64,000 bases of DNA from Hyalangium minutum (GTDB lineage: Bacteria; Myxococcota; Myxococcia; Myxococcales; Myxococcaceae): positions 186,001 to 250,000 of the forward strand of contig NZ_JMCB01000015.1 in assembly GCF_000737315.1 (NCBI RefSeq), read 5' to 3'. The notes below the pieces were generated by a model. That model saw only the letters and a list, made by a program, of their open reading frames with translations, searched no databases and had not been told where the DNA came from. Positions 40,207-50,604 of this stretch are shown here, one piece after another; position 1 is the first letter of the stretch; every line of letters starts with the position of its first letter. Position numbers and translations under genes: made by a program.

Positions 40207-40530
40207 ATGTCTCCTGAACTCAAGGCCCGCTTCGACGAGGAGATCCGCTCCCACAAGATCGTCCTGTTCATGAAGGGCAACGCCCTGTTCCCGCAGTGCG
40301 GCTTCTCCGCCCGGGCGCTGCAGCTGCTGCAGCCCTATGGCGAGGTGCACACGGTGGACGTGCTGGCCGACCCCAACATCCGCCAGGGCATCAAGGAATA
40401 CTCGAACTGGCCCACCATTCCCCAGGTCTACATCAACGGGGAGTTCGTCGGCGGCTCGGACATCCTCATGGAGCTGGCCGAGCGCGGTGAGCTGGAGGCT
40501 CTCGTCTCCGGCAAGAAGGCCGAGGGCTAA
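40207..40530 (+). CDS. grxD: Monothiol glutaredoxin Grx4
   Basis: LFMKG...PQCGFS, WPTIPQVYI.GEFVGGSDI; adjacent to bolA. Confidence 0.95.
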   Translation: MSPELKARFDEEIRSHKIVLFMKGNALFPQCGFSARALQLLQPYGEVHTVDVLADPNIRQGIKEYSNWPTIPQVYINGEFVGGSDILMELAERGELEALVSGKKAEG

Positions 40531-40654
40531 GGCCCGCTTACAGTTCACCACAGCCGAGGCGTGTGCCCGGGGGGCTCCAGGCCCTGGGCAGGGCCCTCAC
40601 GACGCGCCGCGCGTTCGCACATAGAATGCGCGGTCGTTAGCTGAGAGGACTGCC

Positions 40655-42043
40655 GTGGCTACCGCGACACCGCCGAACCCTGGAGAGACGAACCCCACCC
40701 CCGAGCTGACGCCGGCCCCCGCGCCGAGCGGCTCCGTCAACGCGCTGACGGGCAACGTCCCCGCGCCGGAGGCGAAGCTCGCGGATCCGGAGGACTCCAC
40801 GCCCACGGCGAAGACGCCGTCGACGATGGAGCGCGTCCAGGCGTGGCGCCAGAAGAACGAGCTGGTGGAGATCGCTGCGTTCTTCTTCATCGGCTTCGTC
40901 TACGACGTGCTCACGCTGAGCCGCATCGACGACACGCTGACGATGGTGCAGCAGTTCGTGTACCTGGGCGTGCTGGCCACGCTGCTGCTGCTGGAGCAGA
41001 AGCACCCGGAGGGCGCCGAGCCGCCCAAGGCGCTGGCCAAGGTGTGGAAGTGGCGCGAAGACGCCATCCACTTCTTCTACGGAAGCCTGCTGAGCTCCTA
41101 CACGCTGTTCTTCTTCAAGAGCGCCTCGGGGCTCACGGCGTTCCTGTTCCTGGTGCTCATGTTCGGCTTGATGGTGGCCAATGAGCTGCCTTTCTTCCGC
41201 AAGCTGGGGCCCGTGGTGCGGGTGGCGCTCTTCAGCCTGTGCGTCAGCATGTACCTGTCCTACGTGCTGCCCGTCGTCATCGGCAAGGCGAACCTGTGGA
41301 TCTTCCTGCTCGCGCAGGTGCTGGCCGGCGGCGCCGTGTTCGGGGTGATCCGGCTGCTGCTGAACTGGAACGTCCTGGACCGGGTGCAGGTCATCAAGCA
41401 GATCGCCATCCCCGGCTTCGGCGTGCTGGTGGTGGCGCTGTTCCTGTACGTGGTGCGCGTGCTGCCGCCGGTGCCGCTGGCGGTGACGTTCAGCGGCGTC
41501 TTCCACGACGTGAAGCCCGTGAACGTGGGCAAGGGCCGCGAGTACCACCTCTACCACGAGCCCAAGTGGTGGAAGTTCTGGGTGAAGGACGACCGGGACT
41601 TCCAGATGCGGCAGGGGGACGTGGCCTACTACTTCTTCAGCATCTTCGCGCCCAAGGGCTTCGACCAGTACAAGGTGACGGTGCGCTGGTTCTACGACGA
41701 CCCGGACAAGGGTTGGAGGGAGATGAGCAAGTTCGCTCCCACGCTGAGGAGCTCCGGCTCCGAGCGCGGCCTGCGCTACTACGCGCTCACGCGGAACCTC
41801 AAGCCGGGCGACTGGTACGTCGTGCTCGAGACCGAGGACGGGCACGAGATCAACCGCAAGTCCTTCTCGGTGGAGAAGGACGAGCGCACCGAGCCCCGGC
41901 AGTTCAAGGTGACCGTGCACGACGGCTCGGGTCAGGTCTCGGTGCGAGAGAGCTCCAAGCCGGAGTCCGCGCCGTCGGCGGTGCCGCCGGCCGAGCCGCC
42001 CGCCGTACAGCAGGACATGCCTCAGGCGAAGGGTGTGCCGTAG
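40655..42043 (+). CDS. DUF2914 domain membrane protein
   Basis: Multiple TM helices, then a C-terminal beta domain (SIFAP...VRW...GLRYY...PGDWYV). Confidence 0.75.
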   Translation: MATATPPNPGETNPTPELTPAPAPSGSVNALTGNVPAPEAKLADPEDSTPTAKTPSTMERVQAWRQKNELVEIAAFFFIGFVYDVLTLSRIDDTLTMVQQFVYLGVLATLLLLEQKHPEGAEPPKALAKVWKWREDAIHFFYGSLLSSYTLFFFKSASGLTAFLFLVLMFGLMVANELPFFRKLGPVVRVALFSLCVSMYLSYVLPVVIGKANLWIFLLAQVLAGGAVFGVIRLLLNWNVLDRVQVIKQIAIPGFGVLVVALFLYVVRVLPPVPLAVTFSGVFHDVKPVNVGKGREYHLYHEPKWWKFWVKDDRDFQMRQGDVAYYFFSIFAPKGFDQYKVTVRWFYDDPDKGWREMSKFAPTLRSSGSERGLRYYALTRNLKPGDWYVVLETEDGHEINRKSFSVEKDERTEPRQFKVTVHDGSGQVSVRESSKPESAPSAVPPAEPPAVQQDMPQAKGVP

Positions 42044-42076
42044 CGGCCCGGAGCCGTCGCGAGAGGGGGCGGCGGC

Positions 42077-43357
42077 TCAGGCGGCGGTGCTGGCCGGGGA
42101 CTTCATCGCGGCCTTCTCCGACACTGTCTGAGGCTCGTCCGACCAGAAGCGCTCCCACTGGGAGCGCAGGGCGCGCGCGTCCCTTCGGCCCAGGTCTATG
42201 AGGATGTCCGCGAAGCCCCCATCGAACAGGAGGTACGAGGCCATGTCCGCCTCACGTGGGGCCTCGCGCTCCACCAGCCGGAGGATGGTGCGGTGGGCGA
42301 GCCCGCTGCTGCGGCGGCGGAACTCGGGCGTCTTCACGTACTCGGCGGCCAGCTCGCCCAGGTCTCTCGAGGGCCGCACCAGCAGCTCGCGGATGTAGCG
42401 CACAGGCTGACTGCGGTGCGGGTGCAGCGCCGCGCTGAGTGTCTGCGCGAAGCCCGGCCCATAGGCCGTCGTTCCCGCCTCGAGGATGTCGTTGAGCCGC
42501 CGCAGCCGGCCCAGGTCCTGATCCGTGCGGTCCGTCATCAGCATGTTGAGCAGCTTGCCCACGAGGAAGGGGGCACTCGCGACGGCCAGCTCGCGCTCGT
42601 GCTCCTCGGCGGCCGTGGCCGGCTGGACTCCCACCGTGGGCCTCAGCGAGACGACGATGACGCGCTGGGCACCCAGCCGCAGCGCGGGGCTCAGGGGGAC
42701 ATTGAGCTTGAAGCCCCCGTCGATGTGCAGGTGCCCCCGGACGCGGACGGCGGGGAAGACGACAGGGATGGCGGCCGAGGCCAGCGCGTGGTTGGGACCG
42801 ATGCGGGTGGCCACCGCGCGGTAGTCCGGATCATCGCTCCAGCGGGGAATGGTTCCATCCGCGCGCTGGATGAAGACCGTGGCGGCGCCGGTGCCCACGT
42901 GGGTAGCGCTGATCGCCAGCGCCTCCAGGTGGCCCTTGCGCAGGTTCCGCCCGATCTGCAGCCAGGGGATTCCGCGGCCGACCAGTGCGCGCAGTCCGCG
43001 TGGATCCACCAGCCCGCCATACTGGATGTCCCGGGTGGAGTGCTCGGTGGGCTTGCTGAGGGCCTCGCGGATGATCCGGAAGACGTCCCCGAAGCTGCAC
43101 CGGAGCACTTCCTCCACCTTCATCGCGTGCCAGTGGGAGATGAGGCCGCGCGCCTGTTCCCGATGCTGGTGGCTGGACGCCGCCAGGTAGCACGCATGGA
43201 TGGCACCCACGGAGGTGCCCGCGAGGATGTCCAGCTTCAGCTCGCGGCCGAAGTGGGGCTCGAACTCTTCACGGAGATAGGAGAGGACGCCCACTTCGTA
43301 GGCGCCGCGTGCCGCACCCCCTGCCAGCACCAGCCCCGTCTTCAACCCTGTCGTCAT
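42077..43357 (-). CDS. Patatin-like phospholipase
   Basis: Start MTTGLK at 43357; GGAARG, GTSVG (nucleophile), DGG and LASAAIP motifs. Confidence 0.92.
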   Translation of the reverse strand: MTTGLKTGLVLAGGAARGAYEVGVLSYLREEFEPHFGRELKLDILAGTSVGAIHACYLAASSHQHREQARGLISHWHAMKVEEVLRCSFGDVFRIIREALSKPTEHSTRDIQYGGLVDPRGLRALVGRGIPWLQIGRNLRKGHLEALAISATHVGTGAATVFIQRADGTIPRWSDDPDYRAVATRIGPNHALASAAIPVVFPAVRVRGHLHIDGGFKLNVPLSPALRLGAQRVIVVSLRPTVGVQPATAAEEHERELAVASAPFLVGKLLNMLMTDRTDQDLGRLRRLNDILEAGTTAYGPGFAQTLSAALHPHRSQPVRYIRELLVRPSRDLGELAAEYVKTPEFRRRSSGLAHRTILRLVEREAPREADMASYLLFDGGFADILIDLGRRDARALRSQWERFWSDEPQTVSEKAAMKSPASTAA

Positions 43358-43458
43358 TGCCACCGCCCTGAGGGTCCCAAGTGTACGGCGGGTTTCGGCG
43401 GAGGGGCTACTGGCAGAGTGCCGACGGCGCCGACGGATCCGCCTGCTCGGAGGGCTGG

Positions 43459-44103
43459 CTAGGGTGCCGGAGCCGTGGCGGTGCTGGCCGGCGGTGCCTC
43501 GGGGAGGGCAGGGGGCGCGACTGCGGCGTCCGTTGCCACCTTCTCCGCCAGGGCCTTCTCCTCGGCGCGCTTCTTCGCCTCGGTCTCCGCCGCCGCCTTC
43601 AGGTTCGCCAGCCCCGCCTCGAAGTCCTTCCCGATCGCCTGATCCATGTTCACGAACAGCGAGAAGGCTTTGACGATGAACCCGTTGCGGCCCTCCATCC
43701 GCCACGACACGGTGACGCCGCTGCCCTCGGGCGTGAAGGTGAACGTGGTGGTGTTCTGAGCCTCGAAGGGCCGGAGGAACTCGAGCCGGATGCGAATCTG
43801 CTCCGCGGGCTTGCTCTCCAGAATGGTCATCCGGCCCGCCCCCACCTCTTTGCCGTCCCACTCATACATCGCGTCCAGGCCCGTATCCGCGCCAGTGAAG
43901 GTGCGCGTCATGGCCGGATCCAACTTCTCCCACGGAGACCAGACGGCCCAGCGGTGGAAGTCGTTCACCATCGCGAAGGGGATGGCCGCCGGGGCCTGGA
44001 TCGTGGCCGAGCGCTGCACGCTGAACGCAGCCGGGCGGGTGGAGATGAAGCCGGCCAGCGCCACGACGGCGACGGCCAGACCGAGGAGGATCTTCTGGAT
44101 CAT
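43459..44103 (-). CDS. SRPBCC / polyketide cyclase family protein
   Basis: Start MIQKILL at 44103; FHRWAVWSPW and IGKDFEAGLANLK motifs. Confidence 0.85.
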   Translation of the reverse strand: MIQKILLGLAVAVVALAGFISTRPAAFSVQRSATIQAPAAIPFAMVNDFHRWAVWSPWEKLDPAMTRTFTGADTGLDAMYEWDGKEVGAGRMTILESKPAEQIRIRLEFLRPFEAQNTTTFTFTPEGSGVTVSWRMEGRNGFIVKAFSLFVNMDQAIGKDFEAGLANLKAAAETEAKKRAEEKALAEKVATDAAVAPPALPEAPPASTATAPAP

Positions 44104-44529
44104 GGTGAGCCCCTGTTTTGTCGAGCGGCTCCTACCTATGGAGCCGGGTGCGTCATACGGGAAGTAGTAGGTAGGGCTCAAGCCCGTGCGAGCGGAGCCT
44201 GGCTGCTCGGCGGAGGATGGACGGACTCGGATCAGGGAGGGGCGCTTGGGCGCGCTGGGGCTTCGCTGCGGTGCGGCAAGGCAAGGGTGATCACGGGCAG
44301 GTTTCTCGTTCCGGACGCTGGCTTGCGGTAGCGTTCACGAACCGGCTATGTTCGTCGGCCAAAAGATCAACCCCGGAGTTACGTGTAGCGATGCATGAGC
44401 AGTGCGTTGGGGGGCCACGCCACCTCGCTCGCAGGGCTGCTCATCCACTGCGCTATCACGCGGCACTCCTTCACGTGCGCGAAGTCCAATAAGCCCCTTG
44501 CCCCTTAGCGTGCCATTGGTTCTGCCCCC

Positions 44530-46479
44530 ATGATGACCCGGTCGACAGTTCTGCCAGGTGCACTCAGTGCACTCCTCCTGATGCCCTTGTTGTCGTCGTG
44601 CAACCTCATTGACGTCACGGGGGACGAGAACTCCAACTCGGGCCGTGGCGCCAAGGTGTTTGATCCGTACCAGGCCGCCGCCTCGGGGGCGATCAAGCTC
44701 AGCCTGCAGATGCTCAACGGCTGCGCCTTCACGCCCAACGCGGGGTTCGTCGCGAAGAACTCGCTGAACATCCCCTACCCGGACCTCTGCCCGAACATGG
44801 ACCGTGCGGCGCTCTTCGCCGACTCCACAGGGCCGCTGGATCCCGCCTACGTTCCGGCCAAGGGCAAGCTGGAGCTGCTGGCGAACACCACCTACTTCCT
44901 CAACCAGTTCTCCATCACGGACGTCATCACCGACCGGCACAAGAACCCGTCGGACCTCTCGGAGTTCGTGAAGTGGCTGAAGACGGAGACCCACTTCGCG
45001 AAGCTGGACTGGCGCAACCTGGGCCAGGTGTCCAACGAGTGGGAGTACGCGGAGGCCTTCCCGGGCCTGTTCGATGACGACGCGTGGAACCGGGAGGTGC
45101 TCTTCGACAACGCCAACTGGCAGCGCGTCACGGACGACACCTTCAAGATCGAGGTGCTCGACTCGGGCGGCGTCGTGCGCTCCGAGCAGACGTACTCCCG
45201 CTCCGAGTTCCTGGTGGAGTCGCCGTACCCGGGCCACTCGCGCGTCGCGTGGAAGATGGAGAACGTGGCGCCGCCGCTGTCGCCGCAGGATGTGACGCCG
45301 CGTCCGGTGCAGGGCCTGCCGGGCAATCTGCCGCTGACGCCCACGTTCCGCTCCTTCATGCGCATGGAGATGGTGGGCAGCACCAACCCGTTCAAGACGC
45401 TCTCCATCGGCAACCTGCAGGGCGACGGTGCGATCCGCGTGACGTGGAGCCAGCTGCCGGAGGATCCGTTCTACTTCCCGGTGAGCTTCGTGCAGCAGAC
45501 GGACGTGCAGGCCACGTGCACCGACGATCAGGGCACCCCCAAGCAGTGCGGCTTCGGCCTGGCGCCGGGCCTGTCCATGGTCGCTCCCCCCAACGGCACC
45601 TTCTACAAGCCGGGCGAGACGGTGAACATGTTCGTCGAGTACCGCGACGAGGAGGGCAACCGGCTGCACGGGCCGGATCTGCTGCCGAGCTCCGAGGAGA
45701 CCTTTACCGGAAAGGCCAATGGCCTGCTCAGCGTGAACCCCGGCCTGGTCCAGGCGACGCGCGAGGCGGATGCCGGCCCCGTGGTTCTTGTCGCCGGTCC
45801 GCTGCAGGACATGCGCGTCCACAGCGATGTGATCGGTGAGCGGCCGTTCTTCCCGCAGGAGTCTCCCAAGGCGCTCATCTCCGAGCTCGCCTCGTTCCAC
45901 CTGTACCCCACCCTGTATCAGTCCCATACGCCCACGCGCGTGAGCGTCAAGCTGCCGGTGGACGCCAAGCCGGGCACGTACGTGGCCTACGTCAAGGGCT
46001 CGCGCTACTTCCTGGGTGAGCGCGTCTCACGCCTCAAGGCGTTCTTCTTCCAGGTGGGCCAGGATCAGCTGACGTCGTACCCGGGCCGGGTGGGCAACTG
46101 CCAGATCTGCCACCGCGGCGTGCTCTCGCTGGACAACCTGCGTCACGGTCTGTCGGTGGATCACATCGAAGGTTGCAAGGCGTGCCACGGCTTCGCCAAC
46201 GACATCATCTACCGGCCGCAGGAGACCATTCACAAGATCCACATGCGCTCGAAGAAGTACCCGGCGAACAAGAACGAGTGCAACATCTGCCACTTGACCA
46301 AGGAGAGCGCGACGCGGCCGAGCATTGTGCTGTGTAAGTCGTGCCACCCGTCGACGCACGACAACGAGTACTTCGCCACCCAGTTCAACGCGCGCACCGA
46401 GCCCAACCGCCACTCCAACTGCGCTCAGGCCTGCCACGGTGCGCAGACGCCCAAGAGCCACATCCTCCCTGAGAACTGA
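44530..46479 (+). CDS. Multiheme c-type cytochrome lipoprotein (four CxxCH plus one CX3CH at the C-terminus)
   Basis: Lipobox LSSC; CQICH, CKACH, CNICH, CKSCH and CAQACH; large heme-free N-terminal region. Confidence 0.85.
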   Translation: MMTRSTVLPGALSALLLMPLLSSCNLIDVTGDENSNSGRGAKVFDPYQAAASGAIKLSLQMLNGCAFTPNAGFVAKNSLNIPYPDLCPNMDRAALFADSTGPLDPAYVPAKGKLELLANTTYFLNQFSITDVITDRHKNPSDLSEFVKWLKTETHFAKLDWRNLGQVSNEWEYAEAFPGLFDDDAWNREVLFDNANWQRVTDDTFKIEVLDSGGVVRSEQTYSRSEFLVESPYPGHSRVAWKMENVAPPLSPQDVTPRPVQGLPGNLPLTPTFRSFMRMEMVGSTNPFKTLSIGNLQGDGAIRVTWSQLPEDPFYFPVSFVQQTDVQATCTDDQGTPKQCGFGLAPGLSMVAPPNGTFYKPGETVNMFVEYRDEEGNRLHGPDLLPSSEETFTGKANGLLSVNPGLVQATREADAGPVVLVAGPLQDMRVHSDVIGERPFFPQESPKALISELASFHLYPTLYQSHTPTRVSVKLPVDAKPGTYVAYVKGSRYFLGERVSRLKAFFFQVGQDQLTSYPGRVGNCQICHRGVLSLDNLRHGLSVDHIEGCKACHGFANDIIYRPQETIHKIHMRSKKYPANKNECNICHLTKESATRPSIVLCKSCHPSTHDNEYFATQFNARTEPNRHSNCAQACHGAQTPKSHILPEN

Positions 46480-46492
46480 GAGCCGGCCAGCC

Positions 46493-47575
46493 ATGTACAG
46501 AGCCATCCGTTACGGAACCCTCTTTGGAGCCCTCCTGCTCGGCGCCGGCTGTGGGAACAATTCCAGCGCGCCGGCTGAGTCCAGCTTCATCCCCCGGCCG
46601 AAGATTGTGGCAGCCGAGGCGATGTCCGACTCGCTCAACTCGGTGCGGTTGACGGGGTACACGTGGGACCCCGAGGCCTTCTTCACGAGCTTCGTGGAGT
46701 GCACCCAGAAGTGCCTCCCGCCGATCCCCGCCTTGCCGCCCATGTTGCTGGACAACAACCCGTTGTTCCTGCGCTCGGTGGTGCAGGGGTCGAAGGTGAC
46801 CCTGCTGGATCGCTCGGGAAGCGCGAGCCCGCTGCCCACGGTGGACTCGGATCCATTGGGGAGCTGGGTGCTGCCCAAGGTCCCGATCCGGGACGAGCTC
46901 TACTATCCCTCCACCACGGGCGAGGGGGAGCTGCCCACGTTCAACTATTTCCCCCCGCTGACGCCGTTGCCGCCGGCCGACTACGCCCCGACGGTGTCGC
47001 TGCGTCCCGTCTCGACGGCGGACGCGGATGGGTGCTGGGGCATCGAGGCCAGCCAGCTGAGCACCACGGGTATCCTGCAGGCGATCGCCAAGTACCTGTC
47101 GTCCAAGGGGACCGCCACCACCGTCGCGAACCTGTACGGCAATGGCAATCGGTACGAGGGGGTGACGGTGTTCTGGCTGTACAACCCGGGCTTCTCCTCG
47201 CTGCGAGGGCCTGGGGCGGGCACCACGGTGGAGGCCTCGAGGGGCCAGGTGCTCAACGTGGAGTGGGCGCCTCCGGGCGTGCTGCCTCCTCCTCTGTCGG
47301 ATCTGCAGTCGCAGCGTGGCTTCTTCGTGGCGGAGGGCGCTCCGGTCAGCAGCCTGGGCATCGTTGCGGTGCTGGTTCCGAAGGGCTCGACGGACCCGGT
47401 GACGTACAAGTTCAAGGATCCGACGACGGACGCGGCCTCGGGCCGGCCGTGGAAGTACCCGGATATGACCGTGGCGCCGACGTCTGAGGCCGTCACCTTT
47501 GGCGGAATCCAGCTCCGGTTCGCCACGGGCACGGCCTCTCCGCCCGAGCGGGTGGCCTGCCGTCCCAAGCAGTGA
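46493..47575 (+). CDS. Uncharacterised lipoprotein
   Basis: Start MYRAIR at 46493; lipobox GAGC; 13 bp downstream of the multiheme gene. Confidence 0.8.
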   Translation: MYRAIRYGTLFGALLLGAGCGNNSSAPAESSFIPRPKIVAAEAMSDSLNSVRLTGYTWDPEAFFTSFVECTQKCLPPIPALPPMLLDNNPLFLRSVVQGSKVTLLDRSGSASPLPTVDSDPLGSWVLPKVPIRDELYYPSTTGEGELPTFNYFPPLTPLPPADYAPTVSLRPVSTADADGCWGIEASQLSTTGILQAIAKYLSSKGTATTVANLYGNGNRYEGVTVFWLYNPGFSSLRGPGAGTTVEASRGQVLNVEWAPPGVLPPPLSDLQSQRGFFVAEGAPVSSLGIVAVLVPKGSTDPVTYKFKDPTTDAASGRPWKYPDMTVAPTSEAVTFGGIQLRFATGTASPPERVACRPKQ

Positions 47576-47620
47576 GTGCCGTGTCGTCCCTCGTCCTGTC
47601 TCGCGTGAGAGCCGAATCGA

Positions 47621-48844
47621 ATGCTACGAAAGATCTTGAAGGGCCTGGGTGCGCTGGTAGGGCTGATCATCCTGGGTGTCGTAGGCTTGGTGGGCTACGT
47701 GAACCACAAGGTGGGCAAGACCTACGACGTCCCGCTGCCCAACATTCAGCGCGCCACCTCGCCGGAGGCGCTGGCCCGCGGTGAGATGATTTATCACTCG
47801 ATCTGCGCGGAGTGCCACGCGCCGGCGGGTGAGACCCAGGCCATGGGCGCCCCGCTGCTGGACTATCCGCCCGAGCTGGGCACGTTCCACTCGGCGAACA
47901 TCACCTCGGATCCTGTGGCCGGTGTCGGCAACATGAAGGACGAGGAGATCGCCCGGATGATCATCTACTCGATCAACCGCGAGGGGAAGGCGCGGCTGAT
48001 GCCGGCCTTCTACGGGATGTCGGACGAGGATGTGGCGGCGGTGATCGGCTACATGCGCTCGGATCGCCCCGAGTTCGCGCCCTCGCCCAAGAAGGCGCCG
48101 CCGTCGGAGCCCGCGTTCGGGGGCAAGGCCGTCATGGCGCTCGTCGCTGGCATCCGGTCGGAGCCGAGGGCGTCCGTGAAGGCGCCGCCCAAGGGGCCCT
48201 CGGTGGAGTATGGCAAGTACCTGGCGGTGGGCGTCTATGACTGCGTCATGTGCCACACGGTCGGTTTCGGCTCGTCGGACACGAAGCTGAAGGATCCGGG
48301 CCTGTTCGCCGGCGGCTTCGAGTTCGACCTGAAGGCGTATGGCGGCCAGGGCTTCATGTACTCGCCGAACATCACCCCGCATGAGACGCAGGGCATTGGC
48401 AAGTGGAACCTGGAGCAGTTCAAGCTGTCGCTCACCCAGGGCGTCACCCCGGATGGCTACATCCTGCGCAAGCCGATGCCGCGCTACCGCTACCTCGATG
48501 ATGTGGAGATCGCGGCCATGTTCGCGTACCTGAAGGGCGTCCCCGCGGTCGCGACGCCGAAGGTGGCGCACGAGGCGGTGCCCCGTCCCAAGGCGGACAA
48601 GGCGGCCGACCCCGAGAAGCTCTTCAGCAGCCTGGGCTGCTCGTACTGCCACGGGCCGAACGGGCAGTTCCGCGATCGGCTGAAGCAGGCCATGGGGAAG
48701 CAGCCCGAGGATGTGGCGAAGTGGATCCGCAACCCGGAGAGCTTCAAGCCGGGCACGCAGATGCCGACCTTCGCGACGCTGCTCGACGAGACCCAGGCGC
48801 TCGATCTGGCGAAGTGGGTGCAGGCCAAGAACGGCACCCCGTAG
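47621..48844 (+). CDS. Membrane-anchored triheme cytochrome c
   Basis: N-terminal TM helix; CAECH, CVMCH and CSYCH; SANIT/SPNITP motifs as in dehydrogenase cytochrome c subunits. Confidence 0.88.
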   Translation: MLRKILKGLGALVGLIILGVVGLVGYVNHKVGKTYDVPLPNIQRATSPEALARGEMIYHSICAECHAPAGETQAMGAPLLDYPPELGTFHSANITSDPVAGVGNMKDEEIARMIIYSINREGKARLMPAFYGMSDEDVAAVIGYMRSDRPEFAPSPKKAPPSEPAFGGKAVMALVAGIRSEPRASVKAPPKGPSVEYGKYLAVGVYDCVMCHTVGFGSSDTKLKDPGLFAGGFEFDLKAYGGQGFMYSPNITPHETQGIGKWNLEQFKLSLTQGVTPDGYILRKPMPRYRYLDDVEIAAMFAYLKGVPAVATPKVAHEAVPRPKADKAADPEKLFSSLGCSYCHGPNGQFRDRLKQAMGKQPEDVAKWIRNPESFKPGTQMPTFATLLDETQALDLAKWVQAKNGTP

Positions 48845-48851
48845 GACTGGC

Positions 48852-48901
48852 GGCCTCCCAGGGAGGGCCCGGAGCGAACCTCTGGGCCGCCTCCGGGAGG
48901 C
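48852..48901. terminator. Hairpin between convergent genes
   Basis: GCCTCCC..GGAG.GGCCC / GGGCC..CTCC.GGGAGGC extended inverted repeat. Confidence 0.5.
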
Positions 48902-50008
48902 TCAGCCCGTGACGAAGTTGACGAGCCTCTCGAAGACGGCCGGGGCCCGGGCCAGCCCGCGGATGACGCGGGCGCGCAGCGAAGGATGGCGGGCCAGGGC
49001 CAGTATCAGCTTCACGGAGAGCGCGTAGCGGCGGTAGTGCCCCGCGATGGCGTGCTCGTACGGCAGGAGCGAGGCCTGTGAGGCGCCCCGGGCGAGCACC
49101 TCGGGGAGCAGGTGGCCCAGGGCGCTCGCGCCGCGCAGTGCCAGGGTGAGTCCCTCCCCGGTGATGGCGTCCACGTAGCCCGCGGCATCTCCCACCAGCA
49201 CGAAGCGATCGAGGATCCGTCCGCGCACCTGGCGCAGGAAGGGGCCGGCTCCGCGTGGGTGAGAGTCCGGCTCCGCGCCCTCCAGCTGCTTCTGCAGCGC
49301 GGGGAAGCGGCTCAGCAGGGAGGGGAAGGAGATGGGCCCGTCGACCTTGCCGTGCTCCCAGAGGAAGGCCACACCCACGCGCTCCGAGCCCGAGGGCGTC
49401 ACGTAGGCCTCCAGGCCTGGGGCGAGGTGGATGTCCACGAACTGGGACCAGGGCGCGAGCCGGAAGTGCTGGCGCAGGCCGAAGCGCCGGGCCGCTTGGG
49501 GCTTCACGGGCTGATCGAGCCCCTGGGCGTGCCGCAGCGGCGAGGCCAGTCCATCCGCGGCCACCAGGAGCCGGGCCTCCACCGTGTCTCCAGCGGCGGT
49601 GGTGAGCTGGACGTGCTTGGGCGTGCGGAGCACCTGGGCCACGCCGCAGCGATCCCGAAGCTCGACGCCGGCCTCCCGCGCGGTGCGAGTGAGGGCTGCC
49701 GCGAGGGCCGTGCGGCGGATGGCGAGCCCGGGGGCGGGGGTGAAGCGGCCGGAGACCTCGCTCCCATCCTCCTGGATGTAGCGGATGCCCAGCATGGGGG
49801 TGCAGTCCGCGGGGGTGAGGTACTGGCGGGCGCCGAGAGCCTCCAGCTCGCGCAGGCCCGGGGGCGTGAGGCCCTCGCCGCAGGCCTTGTCGGCGGGCAG
49901 GGCCTGGCGATCGAAGACGATGGTGGAGAAGCCACGGCGGGCGGCGTGGATGGCCACGGCGAGCCCGGCGGGCCCTCCGCCCACGATGGCGACGTCCACG
50001 GGGCTCAC
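48902..50008 (-). CDS. FAD-dependent oxidoreductase/monooxygenase (geranylgeranyl reductase-like)
   Basis: GTG at 50008 overlaps the ICMT stop (GTGA); DVAIVGGGPAG, DKACGEG, LVAADG, VGDAAGYVDAITGEG motifs. Confidence 0.88.
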   Translation of the reverse strand: MSPVDVAIVGGGPAGLAVAIHAARRGFSTIVFDRQALPADKACGEGLTPPGLRELEALGARQYLTPADCTPMLGIRYIQEDGSEVSGRFTPAPGLAIRRTALAAALTRTAREAGVELRDRCGVAQVLRTPKHVQLTTAAGDTVEARLLVAADGLASPLRHAQGLDQPVKPQAARRFGLRQHFRLAPWSQFVDIHLAPGLEAYVTPSGSERVGVAFLWEHGKVDGPISFPSLLSRFPALQKQLEGAEPDSHPRGAGPFLRQVRGRILDRFVLVGDAAGYVDAITGEGLTLALRGASALGHLLPEVLARGASQASLLPYEHAIAGHYRRYALSVKLILALARHPSLRARVIRGLARAPAVFERLVNFVTG

Positions 50009-50604
50009 GGAGGGGGAGACGCCGTGTCCGGGCGGGAGGCGGTGGGCAGGAAGCGCGGCCGCTGGGAGAACGCCTGCTGGTACTCGGCACCGAGCGCCTG
50101 CTCCTCGGCGCGGATTCGCACGGAGAGCAGCGCCGCGTTGCCCAGGGAGAAGAGGAGGGCGGTGAGGTAGCCGCCGTGGATGAGCGGCAGGCAGAGGAAC
50201 TCGAGGATGACGGCCACGTAGTTGGGGTGACGGATGAAGCGGTAGGGGCCGCTCGTCACCGGCGTGTCGCCCGGGACGAAGATGATGCGGGTGTTCCACC
50301 GCTCGCCCAGCGTGGAGATGGCCCAGTAGCGCAAGAGCTGCGAGGCGAGGGCCCCGGCGAACGCGGCATACCCCAGCGCGCCGGGGAAGGGCCGCTGCAG
50401 CGCGAGCGGCTCCACGACACAGGCCACGAGGAAGGCCGTGTGGAACAGGACCATGACGCGGAAGTGGCCCTGGCCTACCTCGCGGCCTCCCCGCTCGAGC
50501 GCCCTCCGCGCATTGCGGCGCGAGAGGACGAGCTCGTACAGGCGCTCGGCGCCGACCAGCCCCAGGAAGACGTAGTAGGCGGCGAGCGTAGGCGCCTCAC
50601 TCAT
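50005..50604 (-). CDS. Isoprenylcysteine carboxyl methyltransferase family protein (SrsB/BpsB-like)
   Basis: LRYWAISTLGERWNTRI, GPYRFIRHPNY and RIRAEE motifs; ATG overlaps the pepP stop (ATGA). Confidence 0.88.
   Translation of the reverse strand: MSEAPTLAAYYVFLGLVGAERLYELVLSRRNARRALERGGREVGQGHFRVMVLFHTAFLVACVVEPLALQRPFPGALGYAAFAGALASQLLRYWAISTLGERWNTRIIFVPGDTPVTSGPYRFIRHPNYVAVILEFLCLPLIHGGYLTALLFSLGNAALLSVRIRAEEQALGAEYQQAFSQRPRFLPTASRPDTASPPP

Noticed and set aside
43357-43861. ORF-track N-terminal extension of the patatin gene
   Set aside because: It overlaps the SRPBCC gene, and the patatin motif begins right after the ATG at 43357.
44530-48844. MtrCAB/OmcA-type porin-cytochrome call
   Set aside because: Only five heme sites, no decaheme pattern and no beta-barrel gene in the operon.
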